Counted from the first letter of the whole stretch, positions 45,088 to 57,637 are shown. The stretch: DNA of 63,279 bases, filler included, from Globobulimina sp. (GCA_003354225.1; 17 parts of 17 records of this genome joined end to end with filler, not necessarily neighbours in it), one strand, 5' to 3'. Notes: generated from the letters alone by a model not told the origin. Made by a program: numbers and translations.

Positions 45088-47319
45088 ATGTCTGTTAATA
45101 TTGTAGTATGCTTGATTTTCATTCTCCAAATTCCCATCATTTTTACCCAAAATAATCGTATCCGGTCACCGATTCCGCCATTAAACTTAGCCGCGAGTGA
45201 CATCCCGATGTTCTTAACCATCACAATCGATGACGCTCTTCACCAGGAAAGCTACACCAACACAGGAGAAGTCTTAAACCATTTCAACCCAAACGACCAA
45301 CAAATCCCCATCGTATATTTCGTAAGCAACGACCTCACCGATTACCGCAAAGTGCAGGACCGATATTTGCAAGGATGTGAAATCGCAGTCCATACCGTCA
45401 GCCATACGACAGACATCAACACTGATCTCACCAAATGGTATCACGAAATCCAAACCGCCAGAGACTTATTATCTGTTCATGCCGACATCCCATTGGAGGC
45501 CATTGCCGGTTTCCGTGCGCCGTACTTACAGAAAAACGATTATTCCTTCCAAGTCTTAAACGGCATAAATCCAGCATTCACATACGACTCCACAATCGTA
45601 GCCACATTAGATGACAATGACTTATTTGATTGGCCGTATACTTTGGACCAATATGACGCCGATTATCTCTACCAAGTTGGCGCCGGACCTGCTGACTCAT
45701 ATCCTGGTTTATGGGAAATCCCAATGTACCACATCTACAGCAACATAACCAACAAGACGACCTTCCACATTATGGACTATTCTGCCAACTATACAACTTT
45801 GTTAAATGCATTCAAATCCAATTTCATACATCGGCTCAACACCAACAAGGCTCCCATGGGTTTATATTTCCATTCGCCATGGTTTGACAGCCAGATTAAT
45901 GTGGACGCTCTCAATGATTTCATAACGTGGGCATTAGACGGGAATGAGACGTGGGTGGTGACCAACAGAGAGGTGATTGACTGGATGAATAATCCAGTGC
46001 CCATCTCGCAAGGTTATGAGTTCCTGCATTCCAATCAGTTGAAGAATGGCAAAACTGCATTCCACAAATGTTCCTATGCGAGTTCTTTTATTTATACGGT
46101 GGAAGTAATCTGTCCAGCTACGTTCCCGCACGATTTAACATGGGATGCAAACCAATTAATTAGCACTGACATCACGGTTTCATCCACGGATAATGAACTA
46201 ACAACGTTACAAGAAACGTGTTCCAGTGATGTGTATACTTTGTACGATGCGAATACGGCGTATTGTGGCACTGTTGGAGTGTACGAAACCGTGCGGTATC
46301 TGGACCAGTTATATTCGTGTCAATGGTGGACACAAAGTGAAGAGCCTGGGGTTGATTCCGTATGGTTATTGCTCAAAAATTGTATGGTGAACACAACATC
46401 TTTTGTTCGAGCTGACATCGTTCCGTATGGTACTTTCAATGTGTTTGAAAACAATGTATTAGATATTGATATGCACATTAATGATGTTTATAGATTGGAT
46501 GCAGTGTCAGTCATTGTGTACAATAGCACTTATAATCTGGATATTTTTGATAGTTATTCGTTGACTTATAATTCATTGGTCAATGTTACATTATCCATTC
46601 AGTTTAATACTATCAACGTGGCTGAATATGAAATTAATTTTTCATTCCGAAATGCCAGCACTTCAGAACCCACCCTCGCTCCTTCAAAATCTCCCACTAT
46701 GAATCCTTCATTGTTTCCTTCAACTTCTCCCACACCATTCCCTACCAAAAATCCATCCACTGCTCCATCAAAATATCCCTCCTTTTCCCCTTCCATGCCA
46801 TCCTATTCACCTTCTATGGCACCATCTGACTCAACTTCTGCACCCTCTGAGTCAACGTCTGCACCATCAAAAGTGCCATCAATCAGCCCTACGTTGGGTC
46901 CATTGCAGGACTCTGACGATGCAGCACATATATGGGAGGAAAAATTTTCAATCACCGTGAGCCATTCAACATTGATCGTAGTTTCAGTCAGTATTTTATT
47001 GTTGATTTTGCTATGTGTTTGTGCTGTATATTGCGTGGTTAAACGGTATAAAAAAGTAATTAGGGAGGAATTTGAAGATAATATTGTTCATAGAATAAGT
47101 GTGCAATCAGTACTATCTCAGTCAGTGCCATCAGTGTTTCCTGGTTCAGGCATGGCTAAGCCATCAAAGTCGTCAAGTAGTGGCTCTACCATTCCCCCGC
47201 CAGCATTGCCAGCCTTGCCAGCCGGCTCTTCAATGCCTCCTCCACCACACACGTCCATTGATATTCCTCCTCCACCGCCAGAAACGTGGGATACTTATAG
47301 GAGTGTTGAGGGAGTTTAA
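45088..47319 (+). CDS. Membrane-anchored chitin deacetylase (CE4) with ChtBD3/CBM5-12-like module, PS/T stalk, TM and Pro-rich tail
   Basis: Signal peptide; TITIDDA, EIAVHTVSH, GFRAPYL, YDST, WPYTLD, PGLWEIP, LYFHSPW; YSCQWWTQSEEPG...VW; PSxxP repeats; TM. Confidence 0.85.
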   Translation: MSVNIVVCLIFILQIPIIFTQNNRIRSPIPPLNLAASDIPMFLTITIDDALHQESYTNTGEVLNHFNPNDQQIPIVYFVSNDLTDYRKVQDRYLQGCEIAVHTVSHTTDINTDLTKWYHEIQTARDLLSVHADIPLEAIAGFRAPYLQKNDYSFQVLNGINPAFTYDSTIVATLDDNDLFDWPYTLDQYDADYLYQVGAGPADSYPGLWEIPMYHIYSNITNKTTFHIMDYSANYTTLLNAFKSNFIHRLNTNKAPMGLYFHSPWFDSQINVDALNDFITWALDGNETWVVTNREVIDWMNNPVPISQGYEFLHSNQLKNGKTAFHKCSYASSFIYTVEVICPATFPHDLTWDANQLISTDITVSSTDNELTTLQETCSSDVYTLYDANTAYCGTVGVYETVRYLDQLYSCQWWTQSEEPGVDSVWLLLKNCMVNTTSFVRADIVPYGTFNVFENNVLDIDMHINDVYRLDAVSVIVYNSTYNLDIFDSYSLTYNSLVNVTLSIQFNTINVAEYEINFSFRNASTSEPTLAPSKSPTMNPSLFPSTSPTPFPTKNPSTAPSKYPSFSPSMPSYSPSMAPSDSTSAPSESTSAPSKVPSISPTLGPLQDSDDAAHIWEEKFSITVSHSTLIVVSVSILLLILLCVCAVYCVVKRYKKVIREEFEDNIVHRISVQSVLSQSVPSVFPGSGMAKPSKSSSSGSTIPPPALPALPAGSSMPPPPHTSIDIPPPPPETWDTYRSVEGV

Positions 47320-47907
47320 ATGTTTTAATTCAATCAACTGTTAAATTTGACATAAAATAAATTGCAGAGTCATATCCCAAACCTAAAATTATATGTGATT
47401 GTTAAATGTATGTAATTGGAGCAAATAGAAACGTTTTTGCATGTTTTCGATCTGATAGTTTAATTAACACAAAATTGCTTCCGTTGCCTGCAAAAAACAG
47501 AGCTCTTGTTTTAATGTTTGTGGATGACTATGGAATGTTATGTCAATGTCATATGGAATCTGGACTATTTATAAATTATACCTACTGTCTTTTTTTTTTG
47601 TTGTTTTTGTTTCCATCCCTTCTTTACTCTTTTTATATACATATATTTTATAGTATTTTTATATTTTTTGTTGTATTGTTTTAACGAATATATTATTTCT
47701 AAATCTTAAATTTATGTTAAAAATGTGTCAGTAGAATATCAACATTTGAATTCCATGGTTCCTCAAGGAGCCGTAGTATCAGTACCCATCGGTGTGCTTT
47801 TCTTTTTAATACTCTTATTGATCTTGGATGTGCTTCTTTGAGTTTTGAAGATTTCTTAAAGTTTTGGAGAAACATTTTCGTGAATATATACTAACCTGAA
47901 GTGCTTC

Positions 47908-48376
47908 ATGGCACAGCCTTTGGATGTAGACACTCCTGATATTGTTTTAAAATCAATCTTTAAATATTTTGATAAGGATGGATCTGGTGCTTTAGACCAA
48001 GGTAATATTATATCTACGCACATAATTATTATGTATTTGAATACTGATTGTTATGTAAATGCAACAGATGAATTCAAACAATATTTAAACAGTTTGGGTT
48101 TAGCAGATAATCGCCTTCAAGTGGAAGCATTAAAAGCTTTATCAGATGATAATAATGATGGAAAAATTGACTTTGACGAATTTAGAAATTTTATAAGAAA
48201 AGACAATGCAAAAAAGATAGTAAACGATTCTGAAGAATTTCAATTTTTATGCGAAGTTTGTGACATTTTTAAAAAGTATGATGAGGATCGTAACGGTGCA
48301 ATCACATGGAAAGAATGGAGACATGAAATGATGAAACGTGGTAAATCTGAGAAAGAAGCAAAGGAATTATTTGAAC
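47908..48376 (+). CDS. Calmodulin-like EF-hand protein, 3'-partial
   Basis: DKDGSGALD, DDNNDGKIDFDEF, DEDRNGAITWKE loops; intron 48002-48067. Confidence 0.9.
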
Positions 48377-48476
48377 NNNNNNNNNNNNNNNNNNNNNNNN
48401 NNNNNNNNNNNNNNNNNNNNTTAATTAATTAANNNNNNNNNNNNNNNNNNNNNNNNNNNNNNNNNNNNNNNNNNNN

Positions 48477-49852
48477 ACTTGGATATTTTGCAAAGGTTCC
48501 GTTTTTTGGATTGCATGGAGTAACGCATTGCGGACTTGCTGTATATATATAATAATTTTTCTTAGTAGTTTTTTTTTCCGATTACAAAATATGATGGATA
48601 CATACGATCGCATTGCCCAGCTTTACTCTCTAAATAATGTTGCTGATATACACGTACATTTATAATTATACTCATGTTTAGAAGATTGATATAATTATTG
48701 ATACAAACATACTAAGAAACCGCCCCAGCCATAGAATCCAGAGAAAAATTCCTTTCCAACCCCGCCAGCAGCCACACTGAACGGACCCCAATAACATGGT
48801 TCTTGATCGATTGTAACATATTGTAAACTCGACCCACCATTCGGATACCACGGATTTGTTTTATAACTGCAATCTGGTATTTTCGCCGACGGTTTCTTGG
48901 CATCCACACTTGGATCATTCCATTTTGCTCCAGTGTTACCTCCGCAATTACTATAGATTTGCGTGCAATCTTTTTGATGTTGACAATAATCATCAGGTAC
49001 AACGGTAGCACCGCCTTGATTGTATGCGTGGGCGTAGGCGAGTCTTGCGTTGCAACAGGGATCCTCACCATTGCTGCATCCCGCCAATGTCACGTCATCT
49101 GAGTCTTGCGAGGTGACCTGCCATATTCCACCAGGACCAGATGCAGCAAAGGAACAAACGGGATCGGTTATAGTCATCCAATTGGATACTGCAGGATGTC
49201 CACATTCACCTAATGCTGTGGATACCGCTGGTATACAGGTTACCTTTCCGCCATTGGCTCTTCCTTGAGTCAATCCAGTGGTGGCATACTGCCAAATTGC
49301 ACTGATTTCTTGCGAGTTTACAGCGCCTTGTTGTGCTAACATTTTGGTGTTTAATACCATACCTTTATTACCGCACCATTGTGATGCAGGTGCAGGAGGA
49401 AAGGGCACTTTTATTTGAAGTTAAGTAAAATGCAAAACAAAATGTCAATTCTTTAGTATTTTGGTATAAATCAAGTACATATATGCTATAAAATTGACAT
49501 TTTATTTTTCGATGATACCTAACGGTTTTGGTACGCATTCACTGTAATAACTATCTGTTTCATTACAATAATAACGAGAATTGCAACAATTTGTAGGTCC
49601 TGAGTAATTGGCTCCTATTATTTGAATAGATCAGTTTATGTTCCATTGTTCAAAAAAAAGTTGTATATACACTCTGCATACCACCACATTTACCTTTCAT
49701 GTGAGTTACATATATTAATTATTGTGGGATGTAATATATAATGACAAACCCCAATCGAGTACACAATCAAAAACATTGCCTGGTGTTGGAGGAATATATC
49801 GCGATGATACGGAGGCAATGGCAATGCAAAAAGTAAAAACAATCCGTGTCAT
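48477..49852 (-). CDS. Secreted CBM1 plus lysozyme/SLT-like domain protein; multi-exon, 3'-partial
   Basis: Signal MTRIVFTFCIAIASVSS. Introns 49694-49749, 49615-49681 and 49408-49518 give the spliced CBM1 CVLDWGKCGGANYSGPTNCCNSRYYCNETDSYYSEC. Downstream AVSTALGEC...GGIWQV...DPCCNARLA. Confidence 0.75.
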
Positions 49853-49923
49853 GATCGTGATGAATTATCGTCGGACTTTAAGTTTTTTTCTTTGAAATTA
49901 ATATAATTTCTTCCTAAGTCAGC

Positions 49924-51253
49924 ATGGGTGAGTGGTGTTCAGCTTGCGCACCAGACGAACTTCCTTTACCTGCAGAGAGCGACTACGCACCGACTATACG
50001 CCCTCCAAAAGACAAAGCCACCTTAATAAGTGGTAGTGATGGCAGTACCACCGACGGCTATGACGCGTCCACCTCTCGAGACGATTCAAAGTCAGCCTCC
50101 TCCAAAGCCACAGACGATCATGAATTAGAAGTGGCATATGACGGCTGGCGAAAAGCAATAGAAGCTGGCAATGAAACCCTCGCAACTTTGTACGTACAAC
50201 ACCAATACCCAGACATTGACTTTTTTGAATATCGCTGGGATAATGGCGACTCTTCCTTGCATGTTGCCTGCAAGAATAAAAAGGCGCGCTTAGTATTTTT
50301 CCTATTGACCCAAGGCGCCGCCGTAAATTATCAAAATATGTATACCCTAAACACGCCGTTACACCATGCGGTTGCTTGTCGTGACGAGAAAATCATTGAT
50401 TTGCTTCTCAAATGGGACGCGGATCCAAATGTTATGAACAAAGACAAAGAATCAGCCATCACCGCCTCTGCATATTTCCAGGACCAATCCATTTATAAAA
50501 TGTTAGCTGCAGCGAATGAGGCCGCAAATCCAAATCCACATTTCATTCGAGTCAAAACCAATGAGGACAGATTTGTGGCTTTGCAGCGCAGTTTGGATGG
50601 TATTTTTATCTCCCACTCTATTATTACATTGATATATTTTGTGTGTTTTTGCTTTTACAGTGCATGCGTTGGCAAATGATGTGCTTAGTATAGTACCCGA
50701 AGTGAGTGAAGAGCAGCAACAAATGGCTGAGAGCAATGCTAAAATAAATGTAGAATCTGACTCTGAGAAGGAATTGATTACCAATAACCTCGTCGGACGC
50801 AATCCGTTCACTCCATTGGGTCGCAGACCGACTCCAATGCGCACAGAGTGTGTCAAGAAACACTTGAAACAAAAACCTTTGCCAAAATTGCAAGCATGGC
50901 TCGAGAAAAGGAAGCCGGGTACGGTGGTGCCTACGTATCAGAAGAGATGGATTATTGTGAAAGGTGCGCATATTTTGTGGTCCTCGAAACAGAGAGAAAT
51001 TGTGAATGATGCAGATAGAAAAGAGAGGAAGAAATTTAATGGTTACATACATTTAACCACAATCGAAGAAATACGTGTTGTTGAAACTCGCAATAATACA
51101 AAGTTTATGGTGAAAGCAAAAGATGCCAAGAAAGGGAATATGAGAGATTATATCTTTCGATGTCCAAATAAACGCGATCGTGATTATTGGGTCGCGGGTT
51201 TGAAAGAGCATAAAAAACAGTATCAAGTCATCATGCGTTATTTAGCAAAGTAA
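49924..51253 (+). CDS. Ankyrin-repeat plus PH-domain protein, likely N-acylated; 2 exons
   Basis: MGEWCSAC N-terminus; GDSSLHVAC and NTPLHHAV ankyrin motifs; PH domain LQAWLEKRK...YQKRWII...RDYWVAGL; intron 50600-50660. Confidence 0.85.
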
Positions 51254-51401
51254 TGTGTTTTTTATTTGTAATTAATTTTAAATTTTGATGTGTTTCATAA
51301 AAATGTTTGTTTTTACGTACTTTTATGGACATTCACAGGAGTTAAAATTTAGAGTTTTACAAGTATTTCCATCCAAATTTTCTAGAAATTTCTATCCCAA
51401 A

Positions 51402-52052
51402 TTATTTCTCCTCCTCGTCGTCACTTCCCTCTTTTTCCGCATATTGATTTTCAAAATATACTAATTTTTCATACGGATCGGCTTTCATTGTATCATTGCC
51501 AGGTTCCCAATTCACAGGACACACTTCTCCATATTTTTGTGTATATTGGAATGCGTCCACTAATCGCAATATTTCATCCACAGAACGGCCCACCGCTCTG
51601 TCATTCAATGAGATGTGGCGAACAATGCCTTTGTCATCGATAATGTACGTTGCTCGAACAGTAACACCATCGGATTGTAAACAACCATACGATGAGGAAA
51701 TATCACGGGATAAATCCGCAATCACCGGCATATTCAAATTGCCACCTAAACCACCTTTGTCTTTTGGCGTTTCCATCCATGCTAAATGCGTAAATTGTGA
51801 ATCTATGGAGGCGCCCAAGACCTCACATTTACGATCTTGAAATTCGTGATTACGATCAGAGAATTCAAGTATTTCGGTGGGACAAACAAAGGTAAAATCC
51901 AATGGATAAAAAAATAATACCACCCATTTCCCTTTATAATCTTCCAAATTTATGGTCTCGAATCTACCATTTATGACTGCGGTGGCTGTGAAAGATGGTG
52001 CTGTTCCGCCAATAGCTGCTGCAAATGGCACTGGAAAACCTGATGAAGGCAC
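51402..52052 (-). CDS. Typical 2-Cys peroxiredoxin (AhpC/Prx1), 5'-partial
   Basis: [31 protein letters not shown] motif. Confidence 0.95.
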   Translation of the reverse strand: MPSSGFPVPFAAAIGGTAPSFTATAVINGRFETINLEDYKGKWVVLFFYPLDFTFVCPTEILEFSDRNHEFQDRKCEVLGASIDSQFTHLAWMETPKDKGGLGGNLNMPVIADLSRDISSSYGCLQSDGVTVRATYIIDDKGIVRHISLNDRAVGRSVDEILRLVDAFQYTQKYGEVCPVNWEPGNDTMKADPYEKLVYFENQYAEKEGSDDEEEK

Positions 52053-52405
52053 TGGAGAGAGCGAAGATCAGAAGAGATGACACAAGCCGAGCCCGATGCC
52101 TGNNNNNNNNNNNNNNNNNNNNNNNNNNNNNNNNNNNNNNNNNNNNTTAATTAATTAANNNNNNNNNNNNNNNNNNNNNNNNNNNNNNNNNNNNNNNNNN
52201 NNATATCAAGGCTTGTATCAAAAGCATCGAGCAAACTATTGATTGAGAATTCATAATGCTCCTGATATGATTTCCTTCGTTTACTTTTTGATTTTTTGCT
52301 GCGTGATTTATGAGTAGACATCCTCAGAAACTATTAACTCGGGGGGAGCACATAAGAAAGATTTAGTCAGTTAAAGGATTTTGTATGAAAATGTCCCCAA
52401 CTTAA

Positions 52406-53368
52406 ATGGCAGTGTTGTACAGTAAATCTGGCAATAACAACATGAATGATGAAGATTCAGACGATGGTCCAATACAACGACAAGCATTGCCGGTTAATAC
52501 AAACTTAGAAATTGACGAAACACGGCCAGCCTCTACAGCTGAAGAGTATTTATTAAGAGTTAGATTTCAAAGACAGAAATTGCCAAAAATATCATACGCG
52601 CAAATTAAAATTGATAAAAAAAAATTATCTAAAGATAAAATAAAAATCGCTAATACAAAGAAAAGTAAATATTTCAATAATTATAATAAATACTTTGAGG
52701 AAAGCAAAGAAAAACAAAACATAAATCCATTGTTGTTACCAAACGATGAATGGAAAAACAAATTTGTAAATTCATTTAAATTGAAACGAGATTGTTTGAT
52801 GCAAAACTTTGTAAAACAATCAAAATGGAGCAAAAAACATAAAAACCTAAATAATACACAATATTTACAATATAAACATTTGAATATTCCTGCTTCTATG
52901 AATAGTGCTAAATGGCTCAAATTTGCATTGAATCACACTGATAAATATAGTGATAATGAGTTGACTATTATCGATTATCTAAATCCTTGCGCTAAAATTG
53001 AAGACAATTGCAATGCAAATGATATCGATAATGTATTCCCAGTGCCTCCGTTATTGACTATAATTGAACAATTATCACCCATTGAAACGGAGAAAGTACT
53101 GCAAACATTCATGGATTTTGTAATAGAAACACATGAAAAAGAAACTGATTATGGATTAAATGGGATTGCATCTTTATGGATATATGCATTGTTTTTAAGG
53201 ATTGAATTCCCATTAAGCGCTAACTTAACTGCCAATATCCGTGAATTTGCCAGATTTTGTGTGAAACAACGGAATAAACTGAAAGAAGATGAATCATCGG
53301 CATTGATTGTACTGACAAATATATTTATTGTTCTCATTGAAGAAGTGTTTAAACAACCAATCACATAA
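52406..53368 (+). CDS. GEMIN2: Gemin2/SIP1 (SMN complex)
   Basis: QALPV...PASTAEEYLLRVRFQ..KLP, PPLLTII, WIYALFLRIEFPL...IREFARFC..QR, IEEVFKQ. Confidence 0.85.
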   Translation: MAVLYSKSGNNNMNDEDSDDGPIQRQALPVNTNLEIDETRPASTAEEYLLRVRFQRQKLPKISYAQIKIDKKKLSKDKIKIANTKKSKYFNNYNKYFEESKEKQNINPLLLPNDEWKNKFVNSFKLKRDCLMQNFVKQSKWSKKHKNLNNTQYLQYKHLNIPASMNSAKWLKFALNHTDKYSDNELTIIDYLNPCAKIEDNCNANDIDNVFPVPPLLTIIEQLSPIETEKVLQTFMDFVIETHEKETDYGLNGIASLWIYALFLRIEFPLSANLTANIREFARFCVKQRNKLKEDESSALIVLTNIFIVLIEEVFKQPIT

Positions 53369-53456
53369 ATAATTCATGCTTAAAAACAATATTTTTTTTA
53401 CAATAATATTCAGAACACCTTTTAAAAAGGAATAAATAGGACATTGTGTGAACGAT

Positions 53457-55828
53457 TTACTTTTTATAGACAATCTTTGTGATCTTAACAGCCAAATGCA
53501 ATGTGATTGACGTCAGTTCATTCAAGTCCCAAAAAGAAAATATCAAAGTTTCAAACGATTGATTTGTTGTCAAATATGTATTCCGGCTCGATATATTTAA
53601 TTGTATTTTTTTGCAATTTACTTCATACTCAATATTTATGCCATTAATGTTATTTGCGCACTCTTTTAATTTTATAACCAAAGCATACATATTCGGTTCT
53701 GATTTACAAGCAATAATCGATTGTCCCAAAATAATATTATTATCATACACATCATAAACGATATCATTACCTTCCATATAATTTAATTCCTTTAATAATT
53801 TGATCTCTTTAACATAAAATGTATATTCTTTTGCTATTTTAATTTTAAAATGTCCATTTTTATTTTGATTTTTATTTAATATTTTTCTCCATTCTTTTAT
53901 TAATATTCCTTCCTGAAAGTTATTTGATTTATTTATTTCATTAAATATCAACAACTTTTGTTGTAATTCTTTATCCAACAATTTATACTGCGACTTTATA
54001 ATCCATTTATTGCCATCATTGTTAGCTAAAAAACATTCAAATAATAATTGAACATATTTATTTTCCATTTGATTGTCAATAATTGACAATAACTCAGATT
54101 GGAAAGAATAATAATTATCATCAAGAATATATTTCCCTGCAAATATATAATTAAATAATAAGAATCCATGAATATATTCGCTTTGTTGACTGTTTATTTC
54201 AATAATATCAATAATTTGCAATGAATTTGAACAATAAAATATATGTTCTTTCTGCAATGGATAATCACTCATAAATGAAGAATCCATAAATATATTCTGA
54301 GAGTAATTGAACTTATTCTGTAGGGATAAAATAATTCCATTTTCAGCCATATTCTTATTAAAATTAAATGCATTTTGTATGACAAGACTTGATGTGGTTG
54401 TCGGTAAAAAACATTTAAAATTCGGATTAAAATTACAAAATAATTGTGTTTTGTTTAATGAATGATAATAAACCGTGTTATTATGTGTCTGTGTTATTTC
54501 GCCGTATAAAACAATGCATTCTGTAAATAATTTATACCAATTTCCAATCTCTGAATTATTTTTTTTCAATAATTCAAAATCGTTTTTTTCATCATAAATC
54601 ATGCCACGATTTTGAAATTTAAACTGGAGATATTCATAATTTATATAAAATAATATTGTCATTAAATGTGAAATAGAAATTGGTGAAAATGGTGGTATTT
54701 CATATATGCTACACTGCTTTTTATAATCTTTTGCGATGAGTTGTTTTCCTCGCAATGTTTGCTTCCATTTTCTTGCTTTTTCAAATGTATCATCCCACAT
54801 TCTATGACTTATTGAATACACACTATTTTCAAACATTTCCTCTCTCAAATTATCATATTTAGCGACATTCATATTACAATCTTCCATAAATTTCCAATAA
54901 TGAAATCTTTCACCAATATTATTATCATTATCACTATTATTTTTTGCCATAAATGTAATAAACTTACTATCCATACTTATCAATGCATCGTCAACATCAT
55001 AATTACGTTTGTTTTCCTTGTGATTATTTCGAATTTGTTGAATTAATTTCAGTCTCATTTTATAACCACTTTTATGAGAATGTAAACATAGCGAATGGAT
55101 CGAATCTAACACTTGATACAAATACACAGGGTCACCATGGTCATAATTATAACCAAAATATGTATTTTTCCTTTGTTGATTATCAGCATCGGCAATATGT
55201 TTATCTCTATAATTCCTTGCGAACATTTCACAGATTCCGACTGTGCATTTTGATAAATTGGTGGTTGTGTATTGGAACAATGTTTCATATTTCTTATCAT
55301 TACAATTATGGCATTCGTTTAAATGTAAATAGTCATTCAATAACCCGATAATACCTCCATATTTACCATAGGATAACACATAAATAATATCAATTATATC
55401 AACTATATGTCTGTACTTATGATATATTCTCAATATAAATATAATCCGTTTGATATGTAAACATTTACTTAATCGCACTTCATGTGATACATAGCATTGA
55501 TTTTGTAACAACTGATTATTTTGAAACGGTTCAATAATTTCTGAATTCCAATCCAATATAATGCCACTTATCACTGTTTCTCTCTCTTTGTCATTTCTAT
55601 TATGTTTGCAATTGGAATTGTCTTTTATTTCTAGTTCGGTGTTATTGTTAATATTCAAATGTTTCTCATCAATTTTGTTTGTAATTTTGGAGATTAATTC
55701 TTGTTCAATCTCAGTTTGTATTTTATATTTAAATTGTTCTGTAATTGGTTTATTTGCGTCAATGTCATTCCTATGCTCATTTATCCATTCTTCAGCAGCG
55801 TGCTGTGAGGAATTATGCGATGATAATA
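53457..55828 (-). CDS. Lineage-expanded hypothetical protein with ART-like C-terminal region, 5'-partial
   Basis: Shares ordered motifs with 28286-29687: SHL/I..LxY, E..YG/FG...Y/FH, P.TT.S/PLSTS, GIIL.L, S.Y..(Q/E)KE. Confidence 0.65.
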
Positions 55829-55928
55829 NNNNNNNNNNNNNNNNNNNNNNNNNNNNNNNNNNNNNNNNNNNNTTAATTAATTAANNNNNNNNNNNNNNNN
55901 NNNNNNNNNNNNNNNNNNNNNNNNNNNN

Positions 55929-56686
55929 AAAAAAAACTCAATAAACGAAAAAAAAATAAAGAAAAAGTACAAGCAATGACCGAAGAGGAAAAAACAAAAT
56001 ATTATGATGAAAAATTTGAAAAAAATAAATTGAAACAACAACAAAAAGAATTATATAATAAAAAATTGTTGGAAGCATCCAAAAATGGAATGAAAATATG
56101 CATTGATTTATGTTTTAATAAATATTATAACAAAAATATGGAATATACAAATGTTGCAAAGCAATTATGTTATTGTTGGAATGCAAATAAATTAGCAAAA
56201 TATTCGGCATCTGTACATTTACTGAATGTTGATCAAAATTGGAATAAATATTTTGAATCCCAAGGAATATCGCATTGGAAAGGAATAAATGTTCATAAAA
56301 ATAAAGATATTTTAGATGTGTTTGGTGATAAACAAAAACAAAATTTAATTTATTTGACACCAGAATCTGACAATATTTTGACTGAAAACGAGTTTAAACG
56401 CAACAAAGATGAAAATATTTACATCATCGGAGGGTTGGTAGATCGAGTTATGCAGAAAAGTGTAACTTTAAATCGTGCCAAAGAATTAGGTATAAATCAT
56501 TGCAAATTACCATTGGATCGATTGGATGATATGGAAGGAAGGCGGTGTTTAAATATAAATGCTGTTTTTAAAATTTTATTACGCTTTCAAGATGAGGAAG
56601 AAAGTTGGGACATGATATTGGACGACGAAGTACCAAATAGGAATAGGCAAAATACACAGAAAAAACGTCAAAGGAGGAAAAACTGA
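55929..56686 (+). CDS. TRMT10: tRNA m1G9 methyltransferase (SPOUT, Trm10), 5'-partial
   Basis: ICIDL, KQLCYC, IYLTPESDN, YIIGGLVDR, KLPL...LNINAVFKIL. Confidence 0.9.
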
Positions 56687-57210
56687 GTTCTCCTTGCACT
56701 CAAAACCCTTGTTGTAAAAAGTACTGTTATAAAATCCTTTCACTCGCAATTGATTGCCCCCTCTCAAAGTTTTGAAGATTTCGACGGAATATAGATTTTG
56801 CCGACAATAATCTGTTTGCTTCGATCAGAACTGCAATGAAATGAATGAATACTCAATGCAAAAAACATGAGATATGTCCTATAAACTAACGTTGCTCCGG
56901 AACAACATTTACTGTCATTTTAATAGTGATTTTATCGTCTAACTATGGGAAAAAGCCGCATGCATCACTCCGTTTTGATGGAATAACGTTTATATTTCCC
57001 GAGTAACGTTTTTTCGGAATGTTTTCAGATATCGAACGACAATCCAACCAAAAATGCAATCACAATTTATAAATTTAAATAAACATGGCTGAGAGCCTAA
57101 GAGCTAAATAAGTTGAATACACAAACCGCCAAACCCAAACACAACTTAATACGAAAAAAGAAACGTTTTATATAATATAGACATAAAAAATGTATATTGT
57201 GAATTTTTAT

Positions 57211-57584
57211 TTATAGTTTGATAGTATCTTGATATTTTAAAAGATATTTTCTTAAAAGTTCGATTTGTTGATTTACATTTTGAATCATTGTTATTTTCGA
57301 TTCGTTTCTTGATTCCACTTCTTTTACCAACCGTTCATTTTGCTTTTTTAAATCATGTAATCTTTCATTATTTCCTTGTAATTCTGTTAGAAACCTGACT
57401 TCTTTTAATAAGCGATCATTTTGTTTCTCCAAAACTTTAATTCTCTCTGTTTTCCGAGTTGAATCATTCTGCAATATTTTTGCTTCAGATTTTGCTTTAT
57501 CGAGTTTTCTTTCTATTGTTATTGTTGCAGTCTATTAGCATGTTATAGCGTGAACATAATACCTTGTGCTTCGTCAACGGACAT
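57211..57584 (-). CDS. Small coiled-coil protein; 2 exons
   Basis: MSVDEAQ/ERKLDKAKSEAKILQ via intron 57513-57562; internal repeat QNDRLLKEV / QNERLVKEV. Confidence 0.55.
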
Positions 57585-57637
57585 GTTTACAAAAGATCGC
57601 TGTTCTCAAAGTTTTCTTAAGTAGTTAGTAGTGTGCC

